This document shows positions 59,085 to 64,000 of a stretch of 64,000 nt of DNA, piece after piece (position 1 is the stretch's first letter; every line of letters starts with the position of its first letter). The DNA is taken from positions 1,024,001 through 1,088,000 of the forward strand of contig OZ244621.1 of NCBI GenBank assembly GCA_965218425.1, written 5' to 3'. The position numbers were made by a program, and so were the translations under genes. Source of the DNA: an uncultured Candidatus Binatia bacterium. GTDB taxonomy: Bacteria; Desulfobacterota; Binatia; UBA9968; CAXXLF01. Below the pieces are notes generated by a model that was not told where the DNA came from, ran no database searches, and saw nothing but the letters and a program-made list of their open reading frames with translations.

Positions 59085-60218
59085 CTAAGCCTCCAACCCG
59101 TAAAGCCTGACTGGATTGTCCCACAGGATTTTCCGTCGTGCTTCGGTGCTAAACTCGCCGTTTGCGCTGAGGGCCCCCACGGTTAGATCCGGGAATTTCC
59201 CAACGGCGTCGCTATGGGGGTAATCAGTGGCGACGGTCAGGTAATCCGATCCCACATGCTCCACGAAGCAGGGTACAAGTTCTTCCCCTGCCTCGCAGCT
59301 TACCCAACACTGGCGCTTGAAATAAAAACTGGGTTTTTCCTTGGTGATTTTGGCGGAGCCGTGGGAGGCATGCTCCCAATGCTCGTCCATCCGCTCCAAC
59401 CAAAATGGGACCCAACCACAACCCGATTCCAGGTGGGCCACCCTGAGACGGGGAAAGCGTTCCAGGACGCCGTCCGCGCAGAGGCTGAGACACGCGAGCA
59501 TCTGTTCGATGGGATGGCAGGCAATGTGGCGGCCGAATTCGCTGTAGTGGTCCGACCCCGCCTGGGGCAGCACAGTGCGCGCGCCCTCATGGACGCATAG
59601 GGTGACGCCAAGTTCGGATGCCGCTTCATAGATAGGAAAATAATCGGGGCTCGAGAGGGTTCGACCGCAAAGCTTGTTGGGACGCCAGAAAATACCCACC
59701 AGGCCTAGTTTCTCCTTTGCGTGCCTGAGCTCGGTGACGGCCCGAGCGGGATCCTGCAGGGGGATGAGAGCGACACCGTACAACCGAGAGCCGTTGTGGC
59801 TACAGTATTCCGCCAGCCATGTATTGTACGCACGGCAGATGGCGGCGCTAAGCTCGGGGTCCAAGTTATCGCGCCACATGATGTAGAGGCCTAGAGTAGG
59901 AAAGAGAACGCTCACGTCGATGCCTTCGCGGTCCATGTCACGCAAATTGGAGGCGGGATCAAACCGCGCCGCCAAGGCCTCGGCGAAAGTCTCACGCCAG
60001 CGCTTCGACCCGGCAAAGATGTAGCCGAAGTCCTCCGGGGGTCGATTCGGCCGGCGGTGCGAATCTGACACCGGTTCGCCGTCCACGAAGCGGTTCGTTT
60101 GATTAGGTCCCTCCACCTTAACCCGTCCCCGAAACCGCTCGGGTAGATACCGATCGTAAAGGTCAGACGGCTCCAAAACATGCCGGTCGGCATCTACTAT
60201 CTTAAATCCATCTCTCAT
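59085..60218 (-). CDS. Amidohydrolase family 2 protein
   Basis: VDADRHVLEP, DMDREGID...FPT, CRAYN.W, VHEG, LESGCGW, ATDYPH; AAGGAG RBS. Confidence 0.9.
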   Translation of the reverse strand: MRDGFKIVDADRHVLEPSDLYDRYLPERFRGRVKVEGPNQTNRFVDGEPVSDSHRRPNRPPEDFGYIFAGSKRWRETFAEALAARFDPASNLRDMDREGIDVSVLFPTLGLYIMWRDNLDPELSAAICRAYNTWLAEYCSHNGSRLYGVALIPLQDPARAVTELRHAKEKLGLVGIFWRPNKLCGRTLSSPDYFPIYEAASELGVTLCVHEGARTVLPQAGSDHYSEFGRHIACHPIEQMLACLSLCADGVLERFPRLRVAHLESGCGWVPFWLERMDEHWEHASHGSAKITKEKPSFYFKRQCWVSCEAGEELVPCFVEHVGSDYLTVATDYPHSDAVGKFPDLTVGALSANGEFSTEARRKILWDNPVRLYGLEA

Positions 60219-60515
60219 TGTTAACTCCTTTCCGGCAAAGCAAGTACTTCGTCCGTGCAGGTGAATTGACCCGATTCCTACATGGCCACCTCCGATTGTC
60301 AAGCTCACCTACCAGGGTTCATAGACTCTTGATCCCATCTCCCATGGTGATATGAGGCTCTCTGAGCATCATCTTGGTAACTGCACTCAATGAGTCGGGT
60401 CAAAGATAATCAATATTGACCATCCCGTGAAATCTTATTAAAGGTTGCTTCTGAGTCGGAATTGCTTATAAAGTAACCTTTCGTTGATCCAGGAGATTCT
60501 TTCAAGGATAGGTTT

Positions 60516-62210
60516 ATGTGGCCTTATATTATATTTGTAGCGGTATTTTTTCTGGTATTAACACCGGTGACGTTTCTGGTGCTGGGGAGTTTTAGTACTG
60601 CGAGCCTCCCCACGGACTTCACCCTCGCTACCATGGGGTGGATCAACTATATCAAAGTCTATACTGACCCTCACACCTATTCGCTGTTGACCAACACTGT
60701 GATCTACGTGGGGGGCAGTGTCACGGTGGCCATCACCATCGCAACCTTCCTGGCCTGGCTGGTGGAGCGCACCAATGTCCCATTCAAGCTGGTCATCTAC
60801 GCCGGTGTGCCAATGGAAATGGCCATGCCCGGCATGCTTCAGGCCATGGCTTGGGTGCTGCTCTTTAGCCCACGCATTGGCTTCATCAATGCCGTAGCAA
60901 AGAATATATTTGGCCTATCGGAACCCCTCGTCAACATCTACTCGCTCGGGGGGATGATATTTATCGAAGGCATGAGTCTGGTGTCCACGGCATTCCTCAT
61001 GCTGGTTCCCCTGTTTCGCAGCATGGACCCGTCTCTGGAAGAAGCCGCTGCGGTGTCGGGGGCCTCTCCTGCGGCCACCACCCGCAAGGTCACACTGCGG
61101 CTCCTGGCTCCGGGATTGGTTGCGGTTAGCGTTTACCAAACCATATCAGCCCTGGAAAGATTCGAAATCCCCGGCATCCTGGGTCTTCCGGCGGGCATTT
61201 ACGTTTTCAGCACCAAGATCTATTCTCTGGTTCACTCCGCTACTTTCCCGCCTCCCTACGGCCAGGCCAACGCCCTTGCCATGGTTTATATCGGGTTTGC
61301 GATAATCGGAATGTACTTTTATTACCGGGTCATTCGAAAGTCGGAAAGATTTACCGTGGTAACGGGAAAAGCGTACCGACCCCGCCTGGTTGACCTTGGG
61401 CGCTGGCGTTACCCGGCCTTCGGTTTAGTCGTGTGCTACCTCTTGGTGGCCATCATCATTCCATTTTTCACTCTGCTTTTTACTTCATTTCTACCCTATC
61501 TTCAGACCCCTTCGGCAGAAGCCTTCGCAACCATGACATTGAAAAATTATCGAACCCTGTTTGAATTCGAGGAGGCGGGCACTGCGCTAAAAAATACCAT
61601 TATAGTAGTTTTCGTAAGCGCGACAGCCACTGTGCTATTCTCCTTTGCTATTTCCATGGTGGTGGTTCGCAGCAAGTTTTGGGGCAGAAGGCTGCTTGAT
61701 CAACTGGCTTTCATTCCACACCCAATGCCTGGAATGGTAATGGCCCTGGCCTGGGTGTGGGTTTTCCTGAATTTTGATTTTCTGCCCCTCTATGGAACCA
61801 TATGGTCGATTTGCCTGGCGTTTACGGTCAATTTCATCGCTTACGGAACCCGCAGCATGAACGCAGCGATCCTGCAGATCCACAGGGAGCTTGAAGAGGC
61901 CGCGTACACCAGTGGAGCGCGACCATGGCGCACCACGCTGCGTATCTTTTTCCCTCTCATGATGCCGGCCTTTGCCGGCTTATGGATATGGGTGGCGCTA
62001 CTGGCATCCAGAATCGCCGGTACTCCATTGATGCTTGCCGAAGGAAAGGAAAACATGGTGCTGTCCATCCTGATCTGGCAAATGTGGGATTGGGGTCACA
62101 TCGGCGCCGTTGCGGCCATTGGGACCTTGCTGATCCTCGCTCTACTGGTCCTGACCATTACGGTCCGCTTTCTCGCATTTCGTCGTCAAACCCAAATTGC
62201 GAGCCAATGA
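60516..62210 (+). CDS. ABC transporter permease, fused duplicate (FbpB/ThiP-like)
   Basis: Two EAA loops: MDPSLEEAAAVSGA and IHRELEEAAYTSGA. Confidence 0.9.
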   Translation: MWPYIIFVAVFFLVLTPVTFLVLGSFSTASLPTDFTLATMGWINYIKVYTDPHTYSLLTNTVIYVGGSVTVAITIATFLAWLVERTNVPFKLVIYAGVPMEMAMPGMLQAMAWVLLFSPRIGFINAVAKNIFGLSEPLVNIYSLGGMIFIEGMSLVSTAFLMLVPLFRSMDPSLEEAAAVSGASPAATTRKVTLRLLAPGLVAVSVYQTISALERFEIPGILGLPAGIYVFSTKIYSLVHSATFPPPYGQANALAMVYIGFAIIGMYFYYRVIRKSERFTVVTGKAYRPRLVDLGRWRYPAFGLVVCYLLVAIIIPFFTLLFTSFLPYLQTPSAEAFATMTLKNYRTLFEFEEAGTALKNTIIVVFVSATATVLFSFAISMVVVRSKFWGRRLLDQLAFIPHPMPGMVMALAWVWVFLNFDFLPLYGTIWSICLAFTVNFIAYGTRSMNAAILQIHRELEEAAYTSGARPWRTTLRIFFPLMMPAFAGLWIWVALLASRIAGTPLMLAEGKENMVLSILIWQMWDWGHIGAVAAIGTLLILALLVLTITVRFLAFRRQTQIASQ

Positions 62211-62243
62211 TCCTCACTTGAGACGCGCCTATGGACAAACTCC

Positions 62244-62726
62244 ATGACTGAGGAAGAAGCCTTAGCAATCCTAAAGGGAACGGATCGGACCCTGGCCGCT
62301 ACCGCGGAGGCCACGCTTTGGAGCCTTTGGTGCCGTTCGGGAAACCCCGAAGCAGAAATGCATTTTCGGGCCGGGGTGCAAGCCATGCAGCGCCGTGAGC
62401 TCTCTGAAGCCGAAAGTCTCTTCACGCGAGTGACCGAGCTGATTCCTGAATTTGCGGAAGGATGGAATAAACGTGCAACGGTGCGCTACATGGCGCAGAA
62501 CTTCGAAGGGTCCATCGCTGACTGCCGGGAAACCGTTGCGCGTAACCCAAATCACTTTGCAGCCTTTTCCGGTCAGGGGCTGTGCCACTTGTCACTCGGC
62601 CAGTATGACGAGGCTGCGGTTTGTTTCCGTCGGGCCCTGGAAATCAACCCGCATATGCAGGCCGTACGGCAAAACCTCTCCCTGGCCACTGCCGAGGGCT
62701 CTGGTGGCAGCGGCTATCTCCATTAA
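62244..62726 (+). CDS. Tetratricopeptide repeat protein
   Basis: PEFAEGWNKRAT, NPNHFAA.SGQG, RRALEINP; start may be a few codons upstream. Confidence 0.85.
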   Translation: MTEEEALAILKGTDRTLAATAEATLWSLWCRSGNPEAEMHFRAGVQAMQRRELSEAESLFTRVTELIPEFAEGWNKRATVRYMAQNFEGSIADCRETVARNPNHFAAFSGQGLCHLSLGQYDEAAVCFRRALEINPHMQAVRQNLSLATAEGSGGSGYLH

Positions 62727-62761
62727 CCCTCACCCAACACTAACTGAAAGGAGGTTAAAAA

Positions 62762-63808
62762 ATGTACATTGACTGCGACACTCATTATTTCCCTGTCTCG
62801 TTCTTGGAAGGAGTGAGTGCCAAGTACCTGCACTCGCCAAAGGTGGTGAAAAACGGAGATGAAGTAAAGTCGGTGCTTCCTGATGGTACGTTGATCAAGA
62901 ATCAAGCCCCCAAGGGACGTTGGCACCTGGACACCAGGGACCAACAGGTGAATTGGGAAGGCTTTGATGTCCACGTCCTGATCCCTGAAAACAGAGAGCT
63001 CCTTTACACATGGGATCGAGAGCTGGGTTGTGAACTGGCCAGGTCCTACAACGATGCCGTGGCACAGGACCTGAAAGAGTGCGCTCATCCAGAGAAATAC
63101 CTGGGTGTGGGCTGGGTCTTCCTGCCTGACGTGGAAGAGTCTTGCCGGGAGCTGGAAAGATCCGTGAAAACCCTCGGCCTACGGGCAGTGAAGCTTATGG
63201 GTGGGTTCCAGGAAGCCAATCTGGGAGCGGAGAAGCTCTGGCCCTTCTATGACAAGGTCAGCGAGCTAAATATACCCATACTGGTGCATGACACTGCGTC
63301 GGACCGCGCCGGTCATCCCAACCCGGCATTGGTAGGTATTGAGCAATTGTTTTTGGAGGCCGGCAACAACCAGCTGCCGTTCCTATTGGCCTTTCCCTTC
63401 CGTTACATGGTCGATATTGGAAGTCTGATTCTACGCGGTGCCCTTAAGGAGTTTCCTGATCTGAGAATTTGCTTCGTTGAAGGCTCCGCGGCATTCGTTC
63501 CGTGGCTCATGGACAGACTAGACATGGACCACAAGGCCAAGGAGAAACTGGGCAAGCTACCCAGCGAATATTTCAGTCAGATATGGGTTTCGGCCTTTGC
63601 CGCAGAGAGTTCACTGAGATACGCCTGCGACTATTGGAAAAACCACAATCTAACGGTGGGCAGTGATTACCCCCATGGAGATGCATCCGCCACATGGAAG
63701 GACGGCACCGTAAGGATGGTAAGAGAGATGGAAGGCCTCTTGGAAACCGATAAGGAAAAGATCCTAGGTGGAAACGCAATGCGGCTATTTGGAATGGAAG
63801 GGGGCTAA
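62762..63808 (+). CDS. Amidohydrolase family 2 protein
   Basis: IDCDTH, RSYND, LVHD, FVEGSA, GSDYPH, ILGGNA. Confidence 0.9.
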   Translation: MYIDCDTHYFPVSFLEGVSAKYLHSPKVVKNGDEVKSVLPDGTLIKNQAPKGRWHLDTRDQQVNWEGFDVHVLIPENRELLYTWDRELGCELARSYNDAVAQDLKECAHPEKYLGVGWVFLPDVEESCRELERSVKTLGLRAVKLMGGFQEANLGAEKLWPFYDKVSELNIPILVHDTASDRAGHPNPALVGIEQLFLEAGNNQLPFLLAFPFRYMVDIGSLILRGALKEFPDLRICFVEGSAAFVPWLMDRLDMDHKAKEKLGKLPSEYFSQIWVSAFAAESSLRYACDYWKNHNLTVGSDYPHGDASATWKDGTVRMVREMEGLLETDKEKILGGNAMRLFGMEGG

Positions 63809-64000
63809 GGCAAAAACCGGCGGGTGTGTATTCGGGGACAATCTTCTAGTCACCCAGGACACATTCTAGCTCAGCCCATAAGGCGGACAAGCTCCGCATA
63901 GTTTTTCAATTGGATCGGCCTTTTTCCATCCTCAATCTCATGGATTATTTTCACGAGATGATGACAAAGAGGTGTCGACAGACCTGCCTTCTCCCCCGCG

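Noticed and set aside
60398..60421. GGTCAA-N12-TTGACC containing GATAAT upstream of the ABC permease as a Fur box
   Set aside because: Only a half-site resembles the Fur consensus and the permease substrate is unknown; it may still be an operator but is unsupported.

Overview
A 64-kb bacterial chromosomal window, moderately GC-rich, dominated by catabolic and transport genes. It carries four amidohydrolase-2 enzymes, four VOC proteins, four LLM oxidoreductases (one broken), three paralogous ~380-aa bicupins, a Rieske oxygenase alpha subunit, an atypical UbiD with a Zn-ribbon partner, maiA, an FAA hydrolase, a class I fumarase, five MFS transporters, a TTT transporter and ABC components. This paralog profile resembles Candidatus Binatia/Deltaproteobacteria (inference only). 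I saw no rRNA, tRNA or CRISPR array, and no conventional transcription factor. Mobile and non-coding features: (i) a 499-bp internally deleted IS110/IS1111-type element (6954-7452). It keeps both ends and a ~200-nt right non-coding region (candidate bridge/seek RNA), has AG at both junctions, and sits in a repeat whose empty homologue is at 17.5 kb. (ii) That element is nested in a ~1.16-kb non-coding region with terminal inverted repeats, including a ~235-nt module whose second copy at 22.3 kb shows compensatory base changes. (iii) A promoter-led ~195-nt rod-shaped hairpin at 5.3-5.5 kb, a 6S-like ncRNA candidate. (iv) A Phd-VapC cassette flanked by a ~70-bp duplication of a gene 3' end, followed by a dead IS200 and a frameshifted IS3. 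(v) Several heptamer/nonamer palindromic intergenic repeats. Several pseudogenes keep both termini but have lost their middles.
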